Below are positions 1 to 12,961 of a DNA stretch of 64,000 bases, piece by piece (the first letter of the stretch is position 1; each line of letters starts with the position of its first letter). The DNA comes from Octopus vulgaris (lineage: Eukaryota), in assembly GCA_951406725.2 (NCBI GenBank), contig OX597823.1:30814001-30878000 (forward strand). Direction: 5' to 3'. Below the pieces are notes generated by a model. It saw only the letters and a program-made list of their open reading frames with translations, was not told where the DNA came from and did no database searches. The translations under genes and the position numbers were made by a program.

Positions 1-2057
1 GTAGTTGAGGTGGTTCCCGTAGGGGTGGCAGGTCCACTTTGCCACCAGAGCAGCACAAACCAGGTGGCTCTCCGGGCCATTTCTTGGCTTTGCAAAACTG
101 GCATACAATTGTCATTGACCCTATCTTGATGTCGTCACGCAAGGAGAAGTTAATTGTGGCGTCGTAGTTGAATGCTAGTGACAACCAGAAAGCGGGGGCA
201 GGGGTACGTACACCACGAATGATATCCCGACGTTTGTTGATACTCTCAAGTCGAGTGCACCGTGCCTCAGCAGATTCAGATGCACGTGCGACAGCGGTAG
301 CAGTGGCATCCCTTGAAAGCCTTTCAGCTCTCGCCTCAGCACCCTCTGAAGCCCTAGCAGAAGCAGTGTTAATGGCATGTCTGGATGTCCGAATAGTCCG
401 TTGGTGTGGAGTTTCGGCAGATCGAGCCCTGGCTGTGTTTGCGGCGTTAGCAGCTTGGCGAGCTCTCCTCTGTTGAGGTGTTTCGGCAGCTTTGGCCATG
501 GCTTTGTTTGCGGCGTCAGCATCTTGGCGAGTTCTCCTCTGCTGTGAGGTTTCGACAGATCGTGTCCTGGCAGTGCTAGTGGCGTTAGCCGCATTCCGAA
601 TGGCCCTTTGTTCGGGGTTCTCGCGAGCTCTGCGGATGGAAGCACAGTAAGAAGCCCGCATGTTTTGGCTGGACTGTTGCTCTTTCGTCAACCTCGAGCG
701 GAGGGAAGATCTGTACGCTGCGACCCTTGCAAGTCGGGTAGAACGGTCGCTAGTAGTTTCAGATGCCTGAGCAGCGGCATAACGGGAAGCTGTTTGCGAG
801 AGGCGCAAGGCGGTTTCCTCGTGGGTCTCGCGTGCCCTTCTAGCCCTAGCAGCCGATGCCTTGGCCGTCCGAGGGCTGAGGAGGGTCCTTCTCTTCTTGG
901 GTGGCATTTTGGTGGATAGCAATGTGTTTGGCAAAGGTGTAATAAAAAGGAACACGTGGGGTAAGTATTTTGGTGGATAGCAATGTGTTTGGTAAAGGTG
1001 TAATAAAAAGGAGCTCGTGGGGTAAGTATCCGAAAATGTATAAAAAGTACAAAAACGGCCAAAAAGCTGGCAGCAATGTGAGTGACAACAACGAAAAAGT
1101 CAAAAGTGATCAAACTGAACAAACAAAAGGAAAAGTTTTTTGATGCACACGACAAAAGTGGTTTATAATAAACCAAGAGTTTGCAAGTAGCATCCGAGGA
1201 CCGTTAGGGTACGTCAAAAATTGAAGGTAAAACGTTTGGGGTGGTAGTTATAAAGAAAGTTTAAACAAAAAAAGTATTCGAATAACTTGCGGCTGCAGCA
1301 GCTATTAGCAGAAGTGGCGGTGTTGGGGGTAAAGTCTCGAATGTAATTTCTTCCTGGTAGGAATTGGTTGGATCGAATTATCGATAGCTAAAAAGGTCAA
1401 GTTGCGTCCCCTAGACAGTCTGGTTTGTGTTTAATACACAAATTTGTTTGCTATGTGTGCCACATATGATTAAATTAACCGATTTTTTCCAATAATGTAT
1501 CCTATTGGAATAAAAAGGGCTATATAGCTCCTTGGAGCAGACATGATGCTCGTTGTGAAAAAAAAAAGATTCCTGCCAATTTGTGAAAGATATTGTCGAA
1601 AATATGTCATCTTGAATTTGAACGCGATTTCCCAAAATGGCATGATTTTATCGATTGTTTCTGATGGTAAGGTATTGCATGGAAAACTAACGTCAGAATT
1701 GAGTTTCTTAGGGTAACATTAAGCTTCACCATGAGTTTGGTGAAAATCGATTGCAAGTTGAGAAAACTACCATAGATAATGCGTTGCATAAAAAAAGCTT
1801 AGATTCTCGAGTTGCGTCCCCTAGACAGTCTGTGGTTCATGTTTATGATTCTCGACCCCATGTCGAATTTATCAATTTTTTTCAGAACTGGGGGAACTTT
1901 TCAAAATTTTCGCTGCGTTAGTTTTGAATTATGACATTGGGCTATGTGTGTGTCAAGTTTCATCAGAATCGGTTGAAAGCCGTGGTCAGGGTGAGGGTAC
2001 GAGAAAACAGACACACAGAAGCACGCACAGACAAACTGCCGTTTATATATAGAGAGA
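1..2057 (-). mobile_element. Helitron, 5' portion of a potentially autonomous element
   Basis: Contains the RepHel ORF. The minus-strand terminus reads A|TCTCTCTATATATAAACGGCAGTTTGTCTGTG...CCGATTCTGATGAAACTTG, matching the A|TC 5' end of Helitrons. Internal repeats: about 62-bp tandem pair at 908-1030, and GTTGCGTCCCCTAGACAGTCTG at 1401 and 1811. Confidence 0.75.
2..907 (-). CDS. Helitron RepHel protein, N-terminal part (ORF runs off the left edge)
   Basis: Manual translation from ATG at 907 gives 302 stop-free codons. It starts MPPKKRRTLLSPRTAKASAARARRARETHEETALRL, continues through about 23-aa R-A-x-E-T-x-x-Q-R repeats (STPR-like), then reads AFNYDATINFSLRDDIKIGSMTIVCQFCKAKKWPGEPPGLCCSGGKVDLPPLREPPQL, the CxxC...CCxxGKV zinc-finger typical of Helitron Rep N-termini. 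Absent from the ORF track because no stop lies in the window. Confidence 0.9.
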   Translation of the reverse strand, partial: MPPKKRRTLLSPRTAKASAARARRARETHEETALRLSQTASRYAAAQASETTSDRSTRLARVAAYRSSLRSRLTKEQQSSQNMRASYCASIRRARENPEQRAIRNAANATSTARTRSVETSQQRRTRQDADAANKAMAKAAETPQQRRARQAANAANTARARSAETPHQRTIRTSRHAINTASARASEGAEARAERLSRDATATAVARASESAEARCTRLESINKRRDIIRGVRTPAPAFWLSLAFNYDATINFSLRDDIKIGSMTIVCQFCKAKKWPGEPPGLCCSGGKVDLPPLREPPQL

Positions 2058-2224
2058 TTATTTTTACACCATATATTAAAAAATAAAAACACGATAAACT
2101 TTTGATTTACTAAAATTGACTCCACTTCTCGAGAGGGGAGGCCAATTGCTTAGCCCCCTCCCCAAATGAGAAGGGTAAACAATCTCAAAACTCAAGAATC
2201 CTCAAAATTCATGTGCGATTAAGG

Positions 2225-2298
<74 letters not shown>

Positions 2299-2808
2299 TG
2301 CCTGGCGATAACAGGAGAGCCATGATTCCATGTTTCCACCTCAATAGGCGTTATTAGCACGACGATTATCTAATTTCATCTCTAGATGCAAAGGGACTTA
2401 GACTCATACAAAAAGAACAGAACACATTTATGTCCGAGGTACCTTCCATAATTCAAGCAAATTAAGTTTAGAGAAATAACTCAGAGTGGCCAGTAGCATG
2501 AATATGGACAATATAGATGCATACAGGTGTATCAAATAACATATAAGATAAATTCTTGAATTATTAAAATAATCTCCGCTTAAAGAGGATGTATCTCAAT
2601 TAAGAGTAACTCCATATGAGAAGGGGATATAATCGCGATGAAGAATTATCCAAAGATGACTTCATTACGCGAAAAATAGGTTTATTGTCTGGAGTTAAAG
2701 AGACAACTGCGGACATGTGTTTTAACCTCTTGCGTTTGTGCTTGTGTGTGTGTATGTAGGTGTGTGTGAGTGTGCGCGCGTGTGTCTGTCAGTCTGTCTG
2801 ACTGTCTG

Positions 2809-2864
<56 letters not shown>

Positions 2865-3048
2865 AATGCATTCATATAGAGATTTATTTACACACACACA
2901 CACACACGCACACACACACACACAGACACACACACAAATAAAGCTCAGAGAAATAACTCAAGAGTGGCCAGTGGCTCGAATATGAACGATATAGATGAAT
3001 ACAGGTGTATCAAATAACATACAACATAAATTATTGATATATTACACA

Positions 3049-3086
<38 letters not shown>

Positions 3087-3923
3087 TATACACACACCTA
3101 ATTCATGCCACCGTCCAACCTATGCCAGCATAGTAAATGGTTGTTAATTGACAGCTGTGACGATGATGATGATAGATATATACATACATATATGTAATAT
3201 ATATCAATATATACGAGTATGTACCTATATGCACGCACACACACACACACACATACACACATAGACACACACACACACACGAAAAAGCACAAGTACCACA
3301 ACATCTCATTTCAACTTAATCTCGTATACGCATATGATTTCTATTCATGGAAACTTTTGACATACTTGTACAGCCCTTTTCAGCCCTTTTCAGCCCTTTT
3401 CATCCTTTATCAAGCAGAATTATTATGATGAAAGGCATCCTAACCATGGCTACCCTCTTTTCAAATATTTATTTCACAATTACTTTTATCTAGACTCACA
3501 CTAATAACATCCAATACGAGGAGGCTCCGGATTAATCTGAGAGAGATTTGGCTGCTATTTCTATTCGGCCAATCGACCATGCAGGCCACCTTAACAGGCT
3601 TGTAGTACTGACTTTTAACATTCAAAGTGTCCTTGAATTTTGCTGTTCCATCCTAAAGCTTTTCTCTCATCAAAGAAAAAAAGCTGTTTTGATGCTAGGC
3701 TAGCATATTTACATTTTTTTAAACCATCGGCTCAGCAATTTGTTATGGTGACTTTGGATTACTGCGTAATGCAAGCAACGACCGGCCCACGAGGGGGATA
3801 ATCTGTAATAACTGTTAAGCTTAATCGGCCATCATCTAAGAAAGATGCCGAAAACTAATTGACAAGTAATGAAATCCGGATGGTTTCTAATATTAAGTAG
3901 ATTAGTGCTCGATGTGTGTCTAA

Positions 3924-3969
<46 letters not shown>

Positions 3970-4164
3970 GGTGTGTGTGTGTATGTATGCGTGTGCGTGT
4001 GTGCATATGTGTATGTATGTGTGTGGATGTAGTGAGTATAGATGTGATTGTGTGTAGATAGTGTATATATGTACAATGGTGCGTGTGTATATATAAACGG
4101 GTATACACACACACACATATATTTATATACATATATACATCTATACATCTATATAAATTTCAAC

Positions 4165-4228
<64 letters not shown>

Positions 4229-4468
4229 TCTATACATACACACATATTTTATATATATTATACATATATAGTGAGAAAGTGAGAGAGAGAATGAGAAAGA
4301 GGGAGAGAGCCAGAGAAAAGGAAAGAGAGAAAGAGAGAAAGGTAGATGGCCAGATACACATTTTCCCATGCGCAAACACATATAAATACGCACACTCACT
4401 TATCTACATACACAAATATATGGTCGTATGTATAGTTACACATACGTATATATATATATATATATATG

Positions 4469-4521
<53 letters not shown>

Positions 4522-4597
4522 GTATACGTATATGTATGTATGTGTGTGTATATATATGTATATATATATATATATATTTTTTTAATTTTTTTTTTCT

Positions 4598-4864
4598 CTA
4601 GTTTCAGCTCAGAGCTGCGGCCATGCTGATGCACCGCCGTTTTGTGCCACACTGTTATTGCGAAGAACCTCGTCTAATATGTGGCACTTGGTGAAGAATG
4701 GAGTTTGATATAGCTACTCTCATTTGCACCTCTTGCCGTGAGGTAGGTTAATCTGGGACTCTCGACAGGAAGATGTCCAGCTTTGATTGAAAAACCGCTA
4801 CATCTACTTTGTGCAAGTTCCTCAGACTCTTTGGGAGAATATTAAAAAGCTGTGGGTCCTTGAA
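4598..4864 (-). mobile_element. CR1-group LINE 3' end (decayed ORF2 C-terminus plus 3' tail)
   Basis: Minus strand reads FKDPQLFNILPKSLRNLHKVDVAVFQSKLDIFLSRVPD*PT...SNSILHQ, matching the CR1-group C-terminal pattern LFNxLP...FKxxLDxFLxxxPD. It is followed by the tail GGCGGTGCATCAGCATGGCCGCAGCTCTGAGCTGAAAC. Confidence 0.75.
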
Positions 4865-5181
4865 TATATACATAGATATATACATACATATATGTAATAT
4901 ATATCAATATATATATGCAACTTTCTATGTGCATTTATATGAATATACGCCAGTGTGTATATATTTGCACATATATACATATATATAATAAATGAATTTT
5001 CTGAATCCACACACGCACACACACACATACATATACACACACGCATACATCAATGCATACATATATACCTTTGTATATGCCTACATATGTGTATATGTAT
5101 ACAGCTCTCTCTCTCTCTCCTTCCCTCTGTCTCTTTCCCTCTCCCCCTCTTTATGTAACTGTATATCTATCTAATGTATCT

Positions 5182-5215
<34 letters not shown>

Positions 5216-5230
5216 TGTGTGTGTACGAGA

Positions 5231-5292
<62 letters not shown>

Positions 5293-5304
5293 ATATATAT
5301 ATAT

Positions 5305-5552
5305 TCTTTTATTCTCTTACCTGTTCCAGCAGTTATTTGACTGCAACCATGCTGGAGCACCGCCTTTAGTCGAACAAATCAACCCCAGTACGTACTCTAT
5401 CGGTCTCTTTGCCGAACTGCTAAGTTACAGAGACGTAAACACACCAACGTTAGACATCAGTTGTCAAGCGATGGTGGAGGGACAAACACAGGCACACAAA
5501 TATACACACACATATATATACATACATTTTGTTGTACCATTTATCTACTTAT

Positions 5553-5598
<46 letters not shown>

Positions 5599-5750
5599 CG
5601 GGCTTCTTTTTGTTTCCGTCTACCAAATCCACTCACAGGGCTTTGGTCGACCCGTGGCTATAGTAGAAGACACTTGCCCAAGGTGCCATGCAGTGGGACT
5701 GAAACCGGAACCATGTGGTAAGGAAGCAAACTTCTTACCACACAGCCAGT
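5305..5750 (-). mobile_element. tRNA-derived SINE, family 2 (full length, internal microsatellite)
   Basis: Head TGGCTGTGTGGTAAG...CATGGTTCCGGTTTCAGTCCC (A/B-box-like), CCTTGGGCAAG core and tail GGCGGTGCTCCAGCATGG. Homologous to the copy at 38413. Confidence 0.85.
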
Positions 5751-5853
5751 ATGCATGTGTGTGTGTGTGTGTGTGTGTGTGTTTTTAGTTAGATAAATAA
5801 ACTCGGAGTTAAATGGATGGCAGAACGGATATACAAACAGACAGTGAGAGAGA

Positions 5854-5897
<44 letters not shown>

Positions 5898-6808
5898 GAG
5901 AAAGAGAGAAAGAGAGAAAGAGAGAGAGAGTGAGAGAGAGAGAGACTTGCCAATGAACAAACAGTTGACGGGAGGGAGAAAGGAAGAGGGGTAAGTGGTG
6001 GAGAGTTTGATGGATGGAAAAATTGACAGCTGAATCCAATGGCAAGTCATCGTAACTAAGTAAACCAACATTTAGCAACACCACTACCAGAGCAGCAACA
6101 GGAGCAGTACCACCACCACCACCACCATCACCACCACCGCCGCCGCCGCCGCCACCACCACCACCACCACCACCGTGTGGAACAAAGTGGAACAAAGGAG
6201 AATAAATCTTCGTCTGGTTAATTATTCTTGTGAATTGTGAAGAGAATGGTCTAAATATCAATTAGAGAATTTATTCTATTCCTATGCTTCACTTTGCCTG
6301 CGGTCAGTTAAAAAGACGGAGCTTGACCGAAACGAACCTTCCTTTCATATATCAAAGTCAACATGGAAGCGAATGTGAAAGGCAGCAAAAAAAAAAAAAA
6401 AAAAAAAAAAAGAATTAAATAAAAATAAAATAGGAATTAGTAGGTAATTAAGAACGCAATCATTATTATCATCACCACCATCATCATCACAGAATAACCA
6501 TCACTATTTAGCAATACTAGGTGACTGTATGGTTTGTGAAGGAGTGGGCTGAAAAACAGAAATAGGCGAAGCGCAATACAGCGCGTTAGCTGTTAAAGTA
6601 GTTAAGGTGTATGTGTCTATCATCTCATTCGTAAGTTGATATTGTTTGAATGTTACAGCAACCACTTCTCTTAAAACACATTGAAAGATTTGGCTATAAT
6701 CACAGGCACGTTTAGGAAAATAAGAACGAATGTGAGTGCAAACATCTTTGACAATGTATATATATGTATATGTATGTGTGTGCGTGCGTATGTGTATACA
6801 TAATACAT

Positions 6809-6891
<83 letters not shown>

Positions 6892-7043
6892 TATATATAT
6901 GTATAAAAAATATATATAAAAAATACAAAATGGGACAAGAACGCAAAACACTCAAATAGACGACACAAAAAACGGACGGGTCATTCGAAGCCTCTAATCT
7001 TCAGTCAAGAACCGGATCATCCTCGCAATTTCGGCTGATTAAT

Positions 7044-7138
<95 letters not shown>

Positions 7139-7141
<3 letters not shown>

Positions 7142-7302
7142 CGCAGGAGTGGCTGTGTGGTAAGTAGCTTGCTTACCAACCACATGGTTCCGGGTTCAGT
7201 CCCACTGCGTGGCAACTTGGGCAAATGTCTTCTACTGTAGCCCCGGGCCGACCAAAGCGTTGTGAGTGGATTTGGTAGACGGAAACTGAAAGAAGCCCTC
7301 GT
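7139..7302 (+). mobile_element. SINE family 2, 5' half
   Basis: GGCGCAGGAGTGGCTGTGTGGTAAGTAGCTTGC...GGTTCAGTCCC...GGAAACTGAAAGAAGCCC, directly after (TA)n. Confidence 0.85.
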
Positions 7303-7614
7303 ATATATATATATGTATATATGTAAGTATGTATGTATGTATGTATGTATGTATGTATGTATGTATGTATGTATATGTATATGAATGGTTGTATATATGT
7401 ATGCACGTATTTATATATGGTGGGGTGGTGTGAAAGAATGTGGCTGTCATTTCCTATTAGTAACTGATGCAGCTAGAACGGTGCTCTAGTATGGCCACAG
7501 ACGTATGCCTTAAACCAGTAAAAGAGTAAGGGAATGTTGTAGCTTTTTCAAGCGTTGCCTCCTTTCTATTACCAACACTTTTTCAACTCTTCCTTTCTAC
7601 GGTCAGCAAAATGT

Positions 7615-7669
<55 letters not shown>

Positions 7670-9119
7670 ATACCACATATACACACTCACACACACTTAC
7701 ATATGTATATGCATATGTGCAGGCACCAGGACGTTATCTGATGCTACATGTGCAGCGAATGTCTTTATTGAATGTATGGAAATGCCCACATATTTTGACA
7801 ATGTCTTCTAAATTATACTTTAGTTTACTGTTTAAAATTTACTCTCAAAGGTGGTTATACACTTCGAAGTCTAAAATTATTCTTGACGTTGTCATTGCTA
7901 TTGTTATTGTCTCATTGTTGTTGTTATTGTGGCTTACAAGCAATTTATCATAATAACACATTTAACTTTTTAAGAGCATTGCTATTTGCTTGATGTTTTG
8001 CAATATGTAAATAATATAAATGTTTGAAAAAGAAACACAAGTGAGATGTCTATCGAAATATGTAAGGTAATGTAATAAATGAAATCAAAGAGAAAAGATG
8101 CTGCATTACCATTCATAGATTGTTAAATGATTTTATATTTCGGAAAAGGTTATTCCTGTTCAAATATAAGAAAGAAAAATTGAAGTGTTTATTGAAATGT
8201 GCTGTAACCGATAGGTCATTTTAGTTTATTAATTGGAGACAAAGACATCTGCTTTCCCCTTTCGATTCACCGGTTCCTAGTAGCCACATAAAACTTTCCA
8301 TAGCCGCCCTTACAAAGTGCACCAGCAACCACTTTAAGAAGCACTGCTCTGCGAAGTAAACTTGCCAAGGTCTGTAAGTATCTGTTAACTGTGAAATTAA
8401 AAGCCAGCAAACCGGAAGGATGCATAAGCACTTCCGCTAATACACCAACAAATTACCTACAGGTTTAAATGTAGGTATGTTATACCAAATAACAATACTG
8501 ATGCTTGCGAATGTTATTAGTCCTATATTTATCACATTAAAGAAAGGCTAGAAAATAGATCTATTACCTCATTAATAATTAAGGCAACTAGATAGATACA
8601 GAACCACTTTTGATAAGGCATTGAGAAACTATCTATAAAAATATAAGTATGCTTTAAACAAATGTTATTAGGATGAGTGTACTGTTAGATATTCTTGTAC
8701 ATATTAACTAACACTTTGGTATTAACAGGGCCTCTGTCGGTGATATTTATTTTTTAATAAACCTGCTGGCTATTTGCAACATCAGTGCCTGAAAGGTCTC
8801 TGTAATTCTATATATCGTTTACGGTTTGGTTTGGTTGGTACACGGCAGGCGGTTGGTACCCGTCACCAAGAATGCACACTACGCTGAAAGCATGAGATCT
8901 GGCAGTTCCGGCGCCCATAACAGACGATTTTCGTCTGCTAGCGATATATGCATGTGTGTTCTTAGCACCGTCCATTTGTACGAGAGGTTCTCTCAAGACG
9001 AATACAGCAGAATTCGGCGTTCTAACAAGACGTCTACATTGAGTAGGATATAAAGATTGCCATTTGGTATTGATACTGCTTCCGTCCCTAATATTCATAA
9101 CACACACACGCACGCGCGC

Positions 9120-9179
<60 letters not shown>

Positions 9180-9239
9180 ATATATATATATATATGCGAG
9201 TGCATATGTTGGGTGTGTATGTGTGTATATATATGTCTT

Positions 9240-9284
<45 letters not shown>

Positions 9285-9802
9285 TTATCTATCTATCTAT
9301 CTGTCTGTCTATTCACTGGATATTTTTATTTCAAAGTATATGTATATCTATCCATACAAGATAAAAGGGGGAATGAAAGGGATGAAAGGGGTCGAGGACG
9401 AAAGATGGAGAAAGTGAAACAGGAAGATAGGTAAAGGGGGAGATTAATAGAGAGGCAGAAGGAAGAGGACAGAGCGAGATTTCTGACAGAGAATGAGAGC
9501 TAATGAAATCGAATGACATTCATAAAGTCGGCGACTTCTTAAATTTGTACACGAACATCGTTCAGTAAATTCGTGCGTTTGTTTTGACAGAAGTCAGTGT
9601 GCATATATGCGTACGTACGTATATATATACGTATGCGCATATGTGTATATGTCTGTGTATTTGTATTATACATGAGTTCCTGTGAGTATGTGTCCTCTGC
9701 ATATCAGTCTTTATGAGTCTTTTTGTGTGAGTGGTGGATGTGAGTGTCTGTATGCAGTCTTTTTCTAACTGCTTTACATTCCTTTCGTTTGTGTGTGTTG
9801 TA

Positions 9803-9862
<60 letters not shown>

Positions 9863-10451
9863 TGTGTGTTTGTGTGTGTATGTGTGTGTCAATGTGTATG
9901 TATCATAAATAATATGTCTTTATATCTTAGCACTATATACGTGTGTGCGTGCGCGTGTGCATGTACCGGTTCCTACATATACGAGAGGGTCTGCGCGTTC
10001 TTTTCATTTTCTTTATCATTAGAAATGGTGACAATTTTCGTATTATGTTTGTGCGATAACGAACAAAACTCTTGGCGTTTTGAGGCTTCTAGTCTTCACT
10101 TTGCTTGAAAATTTTTCATGAACAAGAGCTTGTGTCTAAGATGGTATTGTTCAAAGCATTTCATCGCGGCATTGCCTTGTTTAGTCTAAAAACTAGGAAC
10201 ACACTAACTGACAAACAGAATTCGAATCTTATAGTTGAACTGAGATATGACTGCAGACAGCATGGGCGATTGTTTAAGATGTTTGAATTGCAATCACGTG
10301 GTCTTGGGTTTGAAGCCACAGCGTAGTTGTTGAGTCTTTTACCACTGTTTCGGGTAAACTCAATTCTTGTGAGTGAACTTGGGTGAGACGGAAATTACGG
10401 AAGCACATTTGACGGATTGTACCTGTAACTCATCTAGTTCTCATCGGTTGA

Positions 10452-10480
<29 letters not shown>

Positions 10481-10482
<2 letters not shown>

Positions 10483-11005
10483 GAAGAAAAAAGTGAGAGT
10501 AGAGAGGCAAGTTTTGTCTAGTGAATGTTTTAAAAAAAGATGGGTGAATGTAGCAAGGATGGCACGTATGAATGACGAAGCCACCTTGACTATGATTCTA
10601 TGAACCGTAAAAATTAATACAGAGAGTTGCTTATTTGCAAAAAAAAAAAAAAAGAAATATAACATGTGACTTCATTGACCGAGGTTACCGTGGTCTTTTC
10701 CGTAGGCTTTTCTTTCCACGGGTAAACCTCACCTGTCCTCCCCTTTACACTTCATATTGACATTTCTGTGATAACGATCCCTATTGATCAATTTTTTTCC
10801 TCCCCCTTTTTTTTTAACCCCCCTTTTTTTGTCCTCTTTCTCTCCTTTTACGATCCCTTTTGATCGACCCCCCTTTTTATTTTATTTTATTTTTTATTTT
10901 ATTATTATTATTATTATTTTTTTTTTTTTTAAACCTTCAAAAGAAAAGCTCTACCTTGTAATTTGTTCTATCTGTGTGCAGCCCTGTGTGGCTAATAAAG
11001 AAACA
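10481..11005 (+). mobile_element. Tx1/L1-like LINE 3' fragment in a (TATC)n tract
   Basis: ORF end LKKKVRVERQVLSSECFKKRWVNVARMARMNDEATLTMIL* followed by a T-rich 3' UTR ending GCCCTGTGTGGCTAATAAAGAAAC. Flanked by (TATC)n on both sides. Related to the fragment at 57340-57858. Clade assignment is by resemblance only. Confidence 0.55.
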
Positions 11006-11082
<77 letters not shown>

Positions 11083-11107
11083 GTCTGTCTGTCTGTCTAT
11101 CTGTCTG

Positions 11108-11256
<149 letters not shown>

Positions 11257-11562
11257 ACCATACTTAGTCGTGTTAACAAAGGGATGGAGGTTCGATACCC
11301 ACACGGATGGGAAAGCCTTCTTTTTTCTGTCGATGGCTTATATGGCCCTTTATTAGACTATTTTCCTTAATCATTGCACGGTGATCGCCATAGGCTTTAA
11401 GCTTATATAAAAACACCATTATTATTATTATTTACGGGATTGTAAATCACGGCACCGTAATAAAAGAACCATTCGCACCGAAATATATATAATATATATA
11501 ATAAATAATAAAATATAATATAATATGATATAATATAATATAATATAATATAACATAATATA

Positions 11563-11637
<75 letters not shown>

Positions 11638-12140
11638 AATCAAAACAAAAAATGGAACAAGAACGTGTAACAGGTGACAACAAAACATTCGGACAGTAGG
11701 TGATGCACAAAAAGGACAGGGATAAACAAGGACGGGACATTCGGAGCTTTCAATCTTCAGTCGAAGAGTAGATTGTCTTTGCAGCTTCGGCCGGTTAATC
11801 TCGAGACTGCTCTAATCTGGCCGGTCTCAAGAAAATTTAAACTAAGAGCACTAGATTCTTTGGAAGAAACCAAGCGAATGTATACGATAACAAGGACGAA
11901 AAGAAAAAAACGGAGAAATGGTAGACAGTTATATATATATTATTGTGTCTGGGGGGAGTCATTCTGTTTTAATACCTTATAAATTAACACATTCACCGGT
12001 TCGATTTCCATTTATTCGCTTATTTATTTTTTCTAAAATTTTCGTTGTTTCTTGCAATCTCTTCAATAATCATTGGCTCTCTTCGCTAATGTGCTTCAAC
12101 ACACGAATTCACATAAAAAATCTTACAAAACAAATACAAA

Positions 12141-12176
<36 letters not shown>

Positions 12177-12551
12177 CAGACTACTCGATTGTCGTCTGGT
12201 CGCTCGAAAGCGATCAGCAACCGGGTGAAACTCGAGCAGATCGTCTTTTTTTTATGCAATAAATGCACACATGTGCGCACACACACAAACATATACCAAT
12301 ATGTAACTGGCTAATAGTTTACAGGCTATATTCCGCTTTGGCTTAAAAGAATGGAATCTACATAAGACCGAAGTGGAAATAAGAATATTGAGCTTTCAGT
12401 TGATGATATTCTATATCTCAATACCCCGGATGAATGTTGTATATTTTCATACAAATTAATAGCATCCGGTGTATACTTCTTGAAAAAGTTCCTTACTCGT
12501 CAAAACACTGTCTGCTACCCAAGGACATTTTATAGCAGCGTTTTTAATGCA

Positions 12552-12706
<155 letters not shown>

Positions 12707-12768
12707 CTAGTCTGTCTATGCCTGCTTGTCTGTCGTCTCTCCCTCTCTGTGTACATATTTATATGTAA

Positions 12769-12810
<42 letters not shown>

Positions 12811-12906
12811 GTATAAGTATATAAATATATGTGTGTGTATGTATATATATATGTGTATATGCATATATATATATGTATAAGTATATAAATATATGTGTGT
12901 GTATAA

Positions 12907-12958
<52 letters not shown>

Positions 12959-12961
12959 AAA

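Noticed and set aside
168-1176. Listed ORFs 168-476, 175-645, 608-919 and 688-1176
   Set aside because: Shadow frames of the real minus-strand Helitron ORF that starts at 907.
8320-8347. hAT-like terminus CAGTGCTTCTTAAAGTGG on the minus strand
   Set aside because: No matching second terminus or 8-bp duplication found by eye.
8808-9100. Unique GC-balanced stretch with ORFs on both strands
   Set aside because: No recognisable domain or convincing splice signals, so coding status cannot be supported.
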